A stretch of DNA of 64,000 bases. Origin: Chamaesiphon sp. (GTDB lineage: Bacteria; Cyanobacteriota; Cyanobacteriia; Cyanobacteriales; Chamaesiphonaceae). The position numbers and the translations under genes were made by a program. Positions 1 through 11,054 of this stretch are shown in pieces; the stretch's first letter is position 1, and each line of letters opens with the position of its first letter. Below the pieces are notes generated by a model that made no database searches, was not told where the DNA came from, and was given only the letters and a program-made list of their open reading frames with translations. The DNA is taken from positions 64,001 through 128,000 of the forward strand of contig CBDFFH010000020.1 of assembly GCA_965246715.1 (NCBI GenBank), in the 5' to 3' direction.

Positions 1-359
1 GCACCAGAATCGACTACCATCAGCACTTCTCGCTGCTTTAACCGATACTGAGCTGGAGCGGCCTCGCCAACAGTAAATGAAACTGGATACAGAGGTTCCC
101 AAGTTTCTTTCTTCAATCCGTAAAATTTTACCCAGTAAAAGCTGACTTGAGCAGTAGTAGCAGGAATCCAATCGATGATAAATGGCTTACCAGTGGCGAT
201 CGCCTCCGCTTCAACCAGATCGTAACTGTCACCTGCCGCCAAGACTTCACCAGTCCCACAAGCTATATACTTTTTCCGATAGTTGCTGCGGATCGTCCGG
301 CGATTCTGGGTGCGCCAGAGAATAATGGCTTGAGTCTGTTCTGGAGTGCGACTTTGCAT
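1..359 (-). CDS. retropepsin-like aspartyl protease family protein (runs off the window edge)
   Basis: Not in ORF track; hand-translated open frame MQSRTPEQ...EVLMVVDSG(A) ending in a D-S-G aspartyl protease-like motif; carries a 24-nt in-frame insert at 47-70. Confidence 0.65.
   Translation of the reverse strand, partial: MQSRTPEQTQAIILWRTQNRRTIRSNYRKKYIACGTGEVLAAGDSYDLVEAEAIATGKPFIIDWIPATTAQVSFYWVKFYGLKKETWEPLYPVSFTVGEAAPAQYRLKQREVLMVVDSG
47..70 (-). repeat. two-hairpin micro-element, family A (diverged)
   Basis: TG^TTGGCGAGGCCGCTCCAGCTCAGT^ATCG. Confidence 0.7.
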
Positions 360-521
360 AGTTATCGGCGGTGGATCTTCATGCTGTAATTATATCACCA
401 ACCAAACTGAAACATCAATTTTATCCGAGTTTTATCCGACGTATGGAAATGAATCTTTTCATGCGTTAAAGCGGTGGTATAATCTTACCAATCTCCTAGT
501 ACCGAGCAATTGAGGTTAGAT

Positions 522-1092
522 ATGATTGCAGCACCAGCACATTTGCCCCGACTTACCCCTGAAGAGTACTTTGCTTGGGAACAGCAGCAAGAAATTAAGC
601 ACGAGTACTTCGATGGCGAAGTTTTTGCCATGAGTGGTGGGACGGTCAATCACGGACGGATTGGCGGTAGAATTTTTTCATTAATTGACGATCGTCTCAG
701 CGAATCGGATCGCTGCATCGCGCTTAACTCAGATGTCAAAATTAAGATCCAAGCATCAGAAAAGTACGTTTACCCCGATGCCAGTGCGACCTGTGATGAA
801 CGAGATCGACAAACGACTCAATTTATTAGCCATCCATCTCTAATCGTCGAAGTCCTTATCCCCCAGTACTGAAGCCTATGACCGAGGCAAGAAATTCAAA
901 CTCTATCAGCGATCGCCCAGCTTAGTTGAATACGTCCTCGTTAGTGCTGAAGAAATTGAAATTGAAGTATTCCGCAAGAACGAGCGTAGTAAGTGGGAAG
1001 TAACCAACTACGTTGCTGGGGATACGGTCGAACTAGAAAGTATCGGACTCTCCTTTGCCATCGAACGAGTCTATCGTGGCATCGAATTTTGA
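522..1092 (+). pseudogene. Uma2 family endonuclease, +1 frameshift near 855
   Basis: KHEYFDGEVFAMSGG, YVYPD, LIVEVL, then continues in another frame as SPSTEAYDRGKKF...IERVYRGIEF*. Confidence 0.85.
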
Positions 1093-1138
1093 GGCAGATC
1101 TTCACTCGTCACCTTTGTGAAAGTTATATAAAAGAAAA

Positions 1139-1543
1139 ATGATGATTGAATATATTCCTTTATGCAAACATTGCCAATCTTCGGCTCTAGAAATTCAAGG
1201 AGCTAAAAACGAGGAGAATGCGAGTTGGCTAGATTATGAATGTCATAGCTGCGGTGAATTTACTAGATTTCACTATGCCAAAGACGCAGTAGCAGGAGCA
1301 GACCCAATCCGCATCGAATCTGGCCCTATAAAAAATAGATCTAAACTTCGATCGTTTGAGTTCGAGCTAACCGACGAGCAAGCCCAAGCCCTAGCTCAAT
1401 ATCTCAAGCGCGTCCAGTTTGATGATTTCCGCCGCCGCGCTATCGATGAAGACGACGCTTATCTCATGCAAGATGCAGCCTCAGAGGTTCGCAAAGCATT
1501 GGCACGTTGGGCTAGTTTAGCGAAACAGGCAACTACATCGTGA
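1139..1543 (+). CDS. hypothetical protein with N-terminal CxxC...CxxC zinc ribbon
   Basis: 134-aa ORF with CKHC and CHSC; helical C-terminus LTDEQAQALAQYLKR. Confidence 0.6.
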   Translation: MMIEYIPLCKHCQSSALEIQGAKNEENASWLDYECHSCGEFTRFHYAKDAVAGADPIRIESGPIKNRSKLRSFEFELTDEQAQALAQYLKRVQFDDFRRRAIDEDDAYLMQDAASEVRKALARWASLAKQATTS

Positions 1544-1790
1544 AATGGGAATTATATGATAAATAGAAACGCAGAATTAGGAATGAGAAATAAAATTTGC
1601 AAGCACATATACATTTTTAAATATTCCTAACACTAACAATACTTTCTTTTACTCAAAGTCGCTGCTTATCAGATGGTTAAGCCATTTGATAAGTTGATGA
1701 CGGAACTCGATCGATGTCTTGAGACTATTAATACAATACGATAACGATTGAGAGTACCGCATTCATAGCTAAATAACTAATTAAAATAAG

Positions 1791-2096
1791 GTGGATAATA
1801 ATCTCATTAGACCGAAACTAATAACAGAATACCGACAGGATAGTGAAATAGATGAAGATTTTATCGGTTATTATGCTGTCGGGCATTGGGATAGGCAGTC
1901 GTTCGCTATTGCTTGTCACAAGAATTATGGAACTGATGATATTGTCATTTTATCTGAAGTGATATTAGGCTGGGCGAGTCGGTGTCATTGTGAAGACGAT
2001 GAGCCTGATGATGAATACAATTGCTGGAATTATCATGAATTAAAAACTCAAGAGAGTGTAAGACCAGTTACTTATTGGCTGAGGTCTAAAAGATGA
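1791..2096 (+). CDS. hypothetical acidic protein
   Basis: 101-aa ORF, GTG start after TAAG. Confidence 0.5.
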   Translation: MDNNLIRPKLITEYRQDSEIDEDFIGYYAVGHWDRQSFAIACHKNYGTDDIVILSEVILGWASRCHCEDDEPDDEYNCWNYHELKTQESVRPVTYWLRSKR

Positions 2097-2103
2097 GCTT
2101 TGT

Positions 2104-2163
2104 TTAGAGAGTATCAACTTAACTTTCCCAATCGAGCGAGTGTATCGAGGAATTGAATTTTAA
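2104..2163 (+). pseudogene. 3' remnant of a second Uma2 gene
   Basis: Reads LESINLTFPIERVYRGIEF*, versus LESIGLSFAIERVYRGIEF* at the end of the Uma2 gene (1092). Confidence 0.75.
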
Positions 2164-2190
2164 TTATCGAAAATTTGGAATCTACAAAAT

Positions 2191-2715
2191 ATGATTACTA
2201 CAAAGTTGCACGAACGGTATAATAGTCATCAAATAACACTTAACGAGGTTTATCCGAGAGAATATGAGCTGTGGATCGATGAAAAAGTATATCAAAATCC
2301 CAATCGAACCATATCTCGCGATGAACGCAAGCTGTGGCAGCTTGGAAGAGAGATCGTAGACAGTTTATTGCCGGACGAAAAGCATAAGATTATCCAGAAA
2401 ATATTGGAAAAGTCTCCATACCTTAAAAGTTTTTACTTCAGAGATCTTTCTGAGTCGGAACTGAATCAATTATGTGAACATCTCCAATCTAATAATCGAT
2501 CCCCCAAAGCCCAAGAGGAGCATCTTTTCAAGACAGGGGAGGCTACGCCAACGAACTCGATCTCTATTGGCTCTATTGTCATTGGAGAGAAATCTCCTAC
2601 TAACAGAGGTATTGTATTTTCTTTTGCTCAGGAAGAACCTTTAGTCTTGTGGCAGAGTGGGTTCAAGAGCATTTGTAGGATCGAACAACTCAAGTTAGCT
2701 CCTGTTGAATTATGA
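2191..2715 (+). CDS. hypothetical protein, coupled to the recombinase
   Basis: 174-aa ORF with ATGA overlap to the next gene. Confidence 0.65.
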   Translation: MITTKLHERYNSHQITLNEVYPREYELWIDEKVYQNPNRTISRDERKLWQLGREIVDSLLPDEKHKIIQKILEKSPYLKSFYFRDLSESELNQLCEHLQSNNRSPKAQEEHLFKTGEATPTNSISIGSIVIGEKSPTNRGIVFSFAQEEPLVLWQSGFKSICRIEQLKLAPVEL

Positions 2716-3716
2716 CTCGCAACCCTCCTGCTGTCGTCATCACTCCAGTCGTCGAAGTGCAAGCGATTTCTATTCCCAGTGCTGCTTCACAACATTTGTG
2801 GGCGGAGTTTGGACAGTTGAAAATCACCGACAGTACTCGCAAACAGTACGTTAAGGCGATCGAGAATTTCTGTCAGTTTGCTTATAACGGCTCTGCTACT
2901 CCAGAGAGGATCGCAGAATTTCTAGATTTCGATCGATATGCTGCAATTGAGCTGGTATTAAGGTATCGTCGTCACTCGATCGATAAAAACCTTGCACCTA
3001 GCACGATTAATGTCCGGCTGGCGGCGATTAAGAGTTTGGTGGACATGGCGCGGAAGCTGGGTAAAACCACTGTCGATCTGGGGGATATCGAGAGCATCCC
3101 CAGTGAGAGCTATCGCGATACTAAGGGGATTTCGGTCGAACAGTTTAAGTCGATGTTGGAGGAGATCGATCCGAGTACGCCGATCGGGGTGAGGGATTAT
3201 GCGATCATGTTGTTATTCTGGGGGAATGCACTCCGACGGGGGGAAATTGCCAGTGCGAATATTGAGGATTTTTTACCCCAGCAGCAGAAGTTGACGATCT
3301 TAGGGAAGGGGAAACGAGCGAAGGTGGCGATCGATCTGACGGATAGTGTGAGTTATGCTTTGGAGGAGTGGCTGAATTTTCATCCTTACAATTCGCCGGA
3401 AAAGCCACTGATTACTTCTTTGAGCCATAACTGTTATGGGTCGAGGATTGCTGGGGATAGTATTTATCGGATCGTTCAGGGGTATGCTGAGGCTGCGGGG
3501 ATCGAGCGGCGGGTGTCGCCGCACCGTCTAAGGCATAGTTCGATTACAGCGTTTTTGGATGCTAGTGGGGGTAATCTGCGGGCGGCACAAGCGTTGAGTC
3601 GGCATCGCAATCAGAATACGTTGAATTTGTACGATGATAATCGACGACAGGAACAGAAGGGTGCTTCTGGGATGTTGGAGGATTTGTTAGTGGGGACTGG
3701 CGGGAAAAGCGAGTGA
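2712..3716 (+). CDS. XerD-like tyrosine recombinase/integrase
   Basis: RDYA...LRRGEI, GKG, SPHRLRHS, SRH...NLY catalytic residues; N-terminal SAM-like domain. Confidence 0.93.
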   Translation: MTRNPPAVVITPVVEVQAISIPSAASQHLWAEFGQLKITDSTRKQYVKAIENFCQFAYNGSATPERIAEFLDFDRYAAIELVLRYRRHSIDKNLAPSTINVRLAAIKSLVDMARKLGKTTVDLGDIESIPSESYRDTKGISVEQFKSMLEEIDPSTPIGVRDYAIMLLFWGNALRRGEIASANIEDFLPQQQKLTILGKGKRAKVAIDLTDSVSYALEEWLNFHPYNSPEKPLITSLSHNCYGSRIAGDSIYRIVQGYAEAAGIERRVSPHRLRHSSITAFLDASGGNLRAAQALSRHRNQNTLNLYDDNRRQEQKGASGMLEDLLVGTGGKSE

Positions 3717-3932
3717 CTAATAATTTATTTGCTGGGATTTATTAGTGGATGTGCTGAATTTTTTAAATAGCTAAGATCGACTAAAAACCCTGCTCTCATT
3801 GCGATTCAGGCTGAGATAAAACTATATTTTTATCCTGACCTTTCTCAACGATTACACCCGCATGAAGGGTGGCTTAAAACCTTTACCTACTCTTACTCGA
3901 TCGAAACTTTCCATTCGTAATTCTAAAGTATT

Positions 3933-4427
3933 AGAGTGGTTTGGAATATACCCTAGTGTTGAACGGAGCGTTTATGGAGTTTATCCCCTATATGCCTGAG
4001 TTTGACCTAGAACATCAGATATTTCAATACTGGGGCGATGGTGAAATGCCGATGGATTTTACGGCTCCTGATGATACTGCCAAGTATGTCGCCGCAGCCG
4101 TGAGCTGATGATCCAGACGTTCCAGACTTGGCAAACACGGCATTAGAAGTCGCGGGCGATACTCTAACCGCCAAGCAGTTGAAAGCCACTTATGAAGCGG
4201 CAACGGGCACCCAATTAACTGAAAAACGGTTGGGCAGTATCCCCGAAATGCAAGCTTGGATTGCTACCAAAAAAGCGTCCGCCAGCTCACTGGCTGAGTA
4301 TATATCGGATCAATATGATTATGCGATGGTATCGGGTAAAGGCAAGCTCGATCGCCTTCAGAACGATCGCTATCCTCAAATCGAACCCATCACCGTTAAG
4401 CAATTTCTAGATCGAGAAAATTCTTAA
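3933..4427 (+). pseudogene. NmrA-family oxidoreductase, 5'-truncated and frameshifted
   Basis: Nucleotide paralog of 5841-6320 (GGTTTGGAATATACC...CAATACTGGGGCGATGGTGAAA). Confidence 0.85.
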
Positions 4428-4555
4428 AACGGTAGCTTTATTTCGGATCTCGCTTGCGAGTCCGCTATGAGTCAAAAAATAGAGCCACCCGATCGTCAGA
4501 AACGATTCACAGCCAAATTCTATCCTCTCGATCTCAACCATAACTCCAACATCAA

Positions 4556-5386
4556 ATGAGCAACCTTCCTCAGAATTTCGAGCAAACGTTTACGCACCAA
4601 ACAGCAATTCTTGATGGTGTGCATCTGCATTATGTTATCGGCGGACAGGGCGAACCAATCGTATTGCTGCATGGCTGGCCGCAAACTTGGTATGAGTGGC
4701 GCAAGATTATGCCAATCCTAGCCCAGCATTACACCGTTATTGCTCCTGACTTACCTGGACTGGGAGACTCCTCTGCGTCAACAACAGGATACGACAAGCG
4801 ATCGATTGCCCAAGTCATCCATCAGCTCGTCACTCATTTGGGATTCGATCGCATCAACCTAGTCGGTCACGATATTGGCGCAATGGTTGCCTATGCGTAT
4901 GCTGCCATTCATCCAGAAACTATCCAGCGATTGGTATTGGCAGAATCTTTACTACCTGGTTTTGGGCTAGAAGAGAAAATGGATGTTGCGAGCGGCGGCT
5001 TTTGGCACTTTGGCTTCCACATGGCTCCTGAGATTCCAGAACTGCTGACAGCCGGAAGAGAGCGAGAGTATCTGTGTGCGCTCGTCTATCGAACTGGGGT
5101 CGAAGCGGATGCAATTGACGAATATGTCCGTCACTACGCCGCACCAAACGGAATGCACAATGGATTTGAATATTACCGAACTCTGCTCAAAGATGGGCAG
5201 CAAAACCGCGAACTTGCAAAAAGCAAGCTGCTAATGCCAGTCCTGATTTTGACCGGAAGCAATAGTCCGATCGAGGGACTGCTCGAAGGAGCGCAAGCAG
5301 TCGCAGCCAATGTGCAAAGCCAAATTATCGAAAACTCTGGTCACTGGCTTGCCGAAGAGCAACCCGATCGACTTTTTTCGCTGTGA
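4556..5386 (+). CDS. alpha/beta hydrolase (epoxide hydrolase/dehalogenase type)
   Basis: HGWP, GHDIG nucleophile Asp, GHWLAEE. Confidence 0.9.
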   Translation: MSNLPQNFEQTFTHQTAILDGVHLHYVIGGQGEPIVLLHGWPQTWYEWRKIMPILAQHYTVIAPDLPGLGDSSASTTGYDKRSIAQVIHQLVTHLGFDRINLVGHDIGAMVAYAYAAIHPETIQRLVLAESLLPGFGLEEKMDVASGGFWHFGFHMAPEIPELLTAGREREYLCALVYRTGVEADAIDEYVRHYAAPNGMHNGFEYYRTLLKDGQQNRELAKSKLLMPVLILTGSNSPIEGLLEGAQAVAANVQSQIIENSGHWLAEEQPDRLFSL

Positions 5387-5410
5387 TACTACTGTCACTG
5401 AATCGGGAGA

Positions 5411-6320
5411 ATGAATCATGTACAAAATCGACTGTGTTGGTTGCTGGTGCTACTGGAATGCTGGGTACTAAAATTGTCGCTGCTCTACTCGATAAAGGTG
5501 ATATTAACGTTCGGGCAATGGTGCGATCGATCGACGATACTAATGAAAAAAATCGTCAAAAGATCGACGCGATGAAAGCCAAGGGCGCAACGATCGTGAA
5601 GGCGACGCGATGAAACCTGAGACGTTGCTGCAATTATGTACGGGAGTCGATGTAGTGGTATCGGCGATCGGGAATAATGAAGTGACGGTGCCAGGGCAGA
5701 AAAACTTAATCGATGCTGCTAAACAGCAAGGCGTGAAACGATTTATTCCCTCCGATTACTCGATCGACTACCGCAAACTGGACTACGGCGACAATTACAA
5801 TTTAGACAAGCGCAAGGAAGTATTTGAGTATCTTCAGCACAGCGGTTTGGAATATACCTTAGTGCTCAACGGGGCATTTATGGATAGCATCACTTATATG
5901 CCACTGTTCGACCTCGAACATCAGACATTTCAATATTGGGGCGATGGTGAAACGCCGATGGATCTGACGACTACTGATGATACCGCCAAGTATGTCGCCG
6001 CAGCAGTCAGCGATCCAGACCTAGCCAACAAAGCTCTAGAAGTTGCAGGTGAGACGCTGACTGCCAAGCAGTTAAAAGCCAGTTACGAAGCGGCAACAGG
6101 CACGCACTTAGTGGAAAAACAATTGGGCAGTATTGCCGAGATGCAAGCTGCGATCGCGACCAAAAAAGCGTCAGCGAGTGCAGTGGAAGAGTATGTTTAC
6201 GACCAGTATATGTACGGGATGCTATCGGGTAAAGGCAAACTCGATCGGATTGAAGACGATCGTTATCCCCAGATTCACCCGATGACAGTCACGCAATTTT
6301 TGAGCAAAGGCACTAATTGA
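5411..6320 (+). pseudogene. NmrA-family NAD(P)-binding protein with two single-base frameshifts
   Basis: VAGATGMLG and RFIPSDY; split across ORFs 5383-5613 and 5610-6320. Confidence 0.85.
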
Positions 6321-6333
6321 GAAACTAGTTGCA

Positions 6334-6367
6334 CGTTACAGAAGGCTATATTTTACCTTCTGTAACG
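6334..6367. terminator. 12-bp inverted repeat downstream of NmrA gene
   Basis: CGTTACAGAAGG-N10-CCTTCTGTAACG. Confidence 0.5.
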
Positions 6368-6464
6368 CGGATCTACAGCAACCCGATCGAGAGCATCGAG
6401 CAAGATGCTCTTAGGGAAGTGCAAGAAATGAAGATCCTGCAAGGATGAAGTAATCTAATAACGT

Positions 6465-7514
6465 AATTTTCACGCTTATGCAGCCAAAACAGCAGGTGGC
6501 AAGTTAGAGCCTTATGACTACGATCCAGGTGTCCTCCAGGATGCGAAGAAGTCGAAATTAATGTCGAGTACTGTGGGGTCTGTCATAGCGAGGGCAAACT
6601 GGTTGCAAAATGAGCTGGGGAATCGAGTCACTATCCTCTGGTTGCTGGAAGCATGAAGTCACGTAGTGGGTACAGTGAAGCTGCAATTGGCGATCGCGTA
6701 GACCACCTTAGAAATAGGACAGCGAGTAGGTTTGGGTTGGTATTCGCATTCTTGTATGCACTGTGACGTGGTGCATGTCTGGCAACCAAAATTTGTGTTT
6801 ACCGCAGAACAAACGATCGTCGGTCGATCTATGAAGGGTTTGCCGATAAGGTAGCGCGCCCATGCCGAATGGGTAACGCCCATACCTGCCGGAGTCGATC
6901 CTGCCAAAGCTGGCCCCCTATTCTGTGCGGGTGACAAGACTAGGTGTTCAATCCCCTCGTGCAGTTTGATATCAAACCGACCGATCGCGTTGGGGTAATT
7001 GGGGTTGGGGTAAATTGGGGCACCTCGCACTCCAATTTCTGCGAGCAAAAGTGGGGCTGCGATGTCACTGCTTTTTCAAGCAATCCACGATAAAGAAGCT
7101 GAAATCCTTACCGAAATGGGAGCTACCCACTTTGTCAATTCCCGCGACTGCTGAGGCGATGAAAGCCGTTGCCAACTCATTGGATTTGATTATTTCAACG
7201 GTGAGAAAACCACTCTCGAAGTAGATTTAGATTGGAGCACATACATCAATGCACTGCGTCCCAAAGGGCGATTGCATTTTGTGGGCTTTGCTCCCAATCC
7301 GATTCAAGCCAGTCTGGTGCCGTTAATCTTTGGGCAAAGATCCGTGTCTGGTTCGCCAACGGGTAGTCCGAGCACTGTCGCTCAAATGCTCGATTTTTGC
7401 GTTCGTCACAACATCGAACCATTGATTGAAATATTTCCATTTAGTCAAGTCAATGAAGCGATCGATCGTTTGAGATCGGGAAAAGCTCGATATCGAGTTG
7501 TTTTGAAACACTAG
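6465..7514 (+). pseudogene. Zn-dependent alcohol dehydrogenase (Ahr/YjgB-like), many indels
   Basis: Fragments YCGVCHS, GQRVGLGW, AGPLFCAG and C-terminal VNEAIDRLRSGKARYRVVL in shifting frames. Confidence 0.85.
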
Positions 7515-7796
7515 TCAACGGACGATCTTTGGATGTAGTAGCAAATTCGAGCGTTGAATCACAGCTTAAAAGATTGTCAGTTGGAGTAAAACCTATTACT
7601 GGTCTATAGTTCGGCAAATGCAGCGGGGACGACCAAAACCGGAATCGGGCATTTTGATACCAAAAGTGAGATCGAGGCGTATATTCGCACTGCGATGAAA
7701 GTGACAGGCGATCGCACACCTTAACCTCGATGACGAATTCGATCGAGACGCGGACTGGCGGAAGGGGCACGTAAAACTTCTAAATAGGAGAAATTT

Positions 7797-8552
7797 ATGA
7801 AGACATTGGAAAATAAAGTTGCCGTGGTTACAGGCGGAACTTCAGGAATTGGTAAAGCTACGGCCATCGCTTTGGGTGCCGCAGGTGCAAAGGTGGTGTT
7901 TTCGGGCAGGCGCGAGTCGGAAGGCGAACAGACTGCTAACTCTCTGCGCGAGGCTGGTGTCGATTGCTTATTCGTGAAGTCGGATGTAGCGAGTGAAACT
8001 GATGTCCGATCGCTAATTCAACAAACAGTTGATAAGTATGGGCAACTGGATTGTGCTTTCAACAACGCTGGCATCGACTCGCCTACAAAGCCACTCCACC
8101 AGCAGTCGATTGAAGACTTCGACAAACTGATGGCGATTAATGTGCGGGGTGTGTTCTTGTGCATGAAGTATGAAGTTCAACAGATGCTGACTCAAGGAGC
8201 TGGAGTCATTGTCAATAATTCTTCAATGGGTGGTTTGATTGCATTTGCGGGGATAAGTCCTTATAACGCTAGCAAACATGCTGTGATGGGTTTGACTCGT
8301 GCTGCCGCACTCGACTACGCCAAGCAAGGCATTCGGATTAATGCTATCAATCCTGGTTTGATTGCCACAGAGATGATGGATCGCCTCAGCACTGGTGGCA
8401 CTCCAGAGCAGCTTGCCTCATCGATTGTGCCGATGGGACGCTTGGGTCAATCTGAGGAAATTGCCGCAGCCGTTGTGTTCTTGTGTTCTGATGCTGCCAG
8501 TTATATGACAGGTCAGTCTCTCGTACTCGATGGCGGATATACAGCAGCCTAA
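7797..8552 (+). CDS. SDR family oxidoreductase
   Basis: TGGTSGIG, NNAG, YNASK; RBS AGGAG. Confidence 0.95.
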   Translation: MKTLENKVAVVTGGTSGIGKATAIALGAAGAKVVFSGRRESEGEQTANSLREAGVDCLFVKSDVASETDVRSLIQQTVDKYGQLDCAFNNAGIDSPTKPLHQQSIEDFDKLMAINVRGVFLCMKYEVQQMLTQGAGVIVNNSSMGGLIAFAGISPYNASKHAVMGLTRAAALDYAKQGIRINAINPGLIATEMMDRLSTGGTPEQLASSIVPMGRLGQSEEIAAAVVFLCSDAASYMTGQSLVLDGGYTAA

Positions 8553-8644
8553 GCGCGCAAATCAATTTTCTAGAGCGCAGAGTGCTAACTATTTTCTAAT
8601 GTCAGACAACTACAGTACTCAATTCAGACCTTAACTAATAACCA

Positions 8645-9659
8645 ATGAAAGCCATTGCAATCCAAAACGGTTTCGGCATCGACCATCTCGATCGACTCGA
8701 ACTGCCTGTACCCAGTCCCGCTGCTGATGAAGTCCTCGTCAAAATTCAGGCCGTTTCCCTTAACTACGTCGATTTGATGGTCGTCAAAGGCAAGATGAAC
8801 CCAAACTTACCGTTGCCATTCGTGCCTGGTGCGGATGGGGCGGGGATCGTCGAACGGATTGGAGCTGATGTGACCGCCTTCAAACCTGGAGAGCTGGTAG
8901 TCACGACCTTTATTCCCAAATGGACTAGCGGCGAACCGACCAAAGAAGTCGTAGACTATGCTACCCGCCAAGGGATCGGCTCCCCTGGTCAATTGAGCGA
9001 ATATAAAGTCTTTAAGGTCGATCGATTGACAAAGGCTCCTGCCAATCTCTCGGCTGTAGAAGCGTCTACCTTACCCGTAGCTGGGTTGACTGCTTGGAAC
9101 GGGCTGCACTATGCCAGTGTCACAGCAGGCGAGACGGTATTACTACACGGTACGGGCGGCGTTTCGATTTTTGCCCTTCAGTTTGCCAAAGCACTTGGTG
9201 CCCGTGTCATTATTACATCGAGCAGCGATGCTAAACTCCAACGAGCTAAAGAGTTAGGAGCTGACTATCTCATTAATTATCACACTACACCTAACTGGGA
9301 AGAAACGGTGCTCTCATTCACTGACGGCGTTGGTGTTGACGCAGTGCTCGAAACCGTCGGCGGCAAAAATCTCGCCCGATCGCTGAGCGTATTGCGAACG
9401 GGCGGCAGCATCTCGATTATGGGTTTACTTGGCGGTTCGGAAATGACGATCGATGCGCTTGTCCCTGATGGAAAAACATGCCACGATTCGTGGCATGGAA
9501 GTTGGCAACACTCAGGATTTTCAGGACATGAATCAGGCGATCGAGCAGCACGATCTTCATCCAGCGATCGATCGCACTTTTAGCTTCGATGAGGTGCAAT
9601 TGGCATTTACAGAGTTGGAGCAAGGGAAACATTTCGGCAAAATTGCGATTGTCATTTAA
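8645..9659 (+). pseudogene. MDR-superfamily NAD(P)-dependent oxidoreductase, +1 frameshift near 9458
   Basis: SLNYVD, HGTGGVS; C-terminus QGKHFGKIAI lies in ORF 9453-9659. Confidence 0.85.
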
Positions 9660-9693
9660 CTCAATTCAGACACTTAAATAATTACGGAGCAAA

Positions 9694-10491
9694 ATGAAAA
9701 ATATTTCCGACCCAGTGCTTTCAAGAGTTCAGACAACGCTTGGTTCAATTGCTTTTTCCGATCGAGGCGCGGGAGTGCCAATAATTCTTTGGCCGTCGCT
9801 GTTCACGGATCATCGTATTTTTGATGCCATGATTTTACCCCTAGTCGAAGCTGGTTGGCGGACGATCGCGGTGGACGGACCGGGCTTCGGCGTAAGCGAT
9901 CCGCCGCATGGACTGGTGCAGCCTGAGATCTACGCCGACCTTGTAATTGAAATAGCCGATCGCTTGGAACTGCCGGAGATTGCGTTTGCTGGCTGCTCTT
10001 GGGGTGGGTTGATTGGAGCGCATCTGGGCGTTCGTCATGCCGATCGCGTGCGCTCATTGGTGCTCATGAATACGCCCTTCCTCCCCAGCCGAGGAGGGCA
10101 TCTGGTGGAGTTTCTAGGTGCCAAATTTGCGGTAAAATCAAAAGCTGTCGCCAACGGAGTGGCTCATTCGATGCTTTCGCCTAGTACACTCGCACACCCC
10201 GATCTGGTGGAGCGATTCACTTCACCTTTTGCTTCATTCGAGGGGAAGGGCGCAGCACTTACGGTGGATGTCACATTGCGCCACTCCGAAGGGCTTGAAA
10301 AAGTCATGCCCGATCTGCGTGTGCCGACGACGATCGTGCTGGGGCAGGAAGACAAATTGTACCCATCGGAAGACATGCTTCCCGTCGCAACGCTTACCCC
10401 AGATGTAAAGATCGTTGTCGTACCAAACGCAGGACACATCATCCCACTTGAGGCACCCGATGCCGCAGTTGCCGCCATCGGTACCGTATGA
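9694..10491 (+). CDS. alpha/beta hydrolase
   Basis: GCSWGG nucleophile elbow, D...AGHIIPLE. Confidence 0.9.
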   Translation: MKNISDPVLSRVQTTLGSIAFSDRGAGVPIILWPSLFTDHRIFDAMILPLVEAGWRTIAVDGPGFGVSDPPHGLVQPEIYADLVIEIADRLELPEIAFAGCSWGGLIGAHLGVRHADRVRSLVLMNTPFLPSRGGHLVEFLGAKFAVKSKAVANGVAHSMLSPSTLAHPDLVERFTSPFASFEGKGAALTVDVTLRHSEGLEKVMPDLRVPTTIVLGQEDKLYPSEDMLPVATLTPDVKIVVVPNAGHIIPLEAPDAAVAAIGTV

Positions 10492-10499
10492 GATCGCCG

Positions 10500-11000
10500 C
10501 TTCTACACGGCGATTTCGCCTCATCGTCGGCGACTTTACCCGCACTCATCGTCGAGCGATCTAGCTCAAAATCTTTTTTCAAAGGGTGAGACAAAATTCT
10601 TATCCCCCAGGGGGCGAACTCCTGACAGCATGTTTCGTTGGCGAAGCCTCAGTAATCGAATGCCGCTGGCTGCATTGCCAGACACGACAAACCCGACTGC
10701 AAATTAATTCGATCGTGGCTGGCATTTCAAACCAAAATCTTTTTTCAAAGGGCTCGGAGCTAGCACAGGTGCCAAAAAATAGCTGGCATCCCCCAGTGAG
10801 GCATTACACCACGAACTCCGCCTCGATATCGCTGCCGTGCCGTAGACCACCGTTTCCACGTTTAGAGCCTGGAGATCGGTTGGGCGGCAGGATCTCGAAT
10901 CAAGGCCAACACGGGCAAATTTTGGGTCGCCAAAATGCGGGCAATTTGATGGCCAACACCACGGCTAGCACCAGCCAGAAAAATCGAATGCCGATAACAC
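10500..11000 (-). pseudogene. decayed NAD(P)H-binding (atypical SDR) gene
   Basis: SIFLAGASRGVGHQIARILA Rossmann motif followed by frameshifts and stops. Confidence 0.65.
10638..10654 (+). repeat. micro-element family A (short, 17 nt)
   Basis: CG^TTGGCGAAGCCTCAGTA^ATCG. Confidence 0.7.
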
Positions 11001-11054
11001 CCGATTCCGCTGCGGTGGGCGCGATCGCTTTCTGGAGAGATGAAGATTGCTGCT

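Noticed and set aside
147..389. Plus-strand 80-aa ORF
   Set aside because: Shadow of the minus-strand aspartyl protease-like gene.
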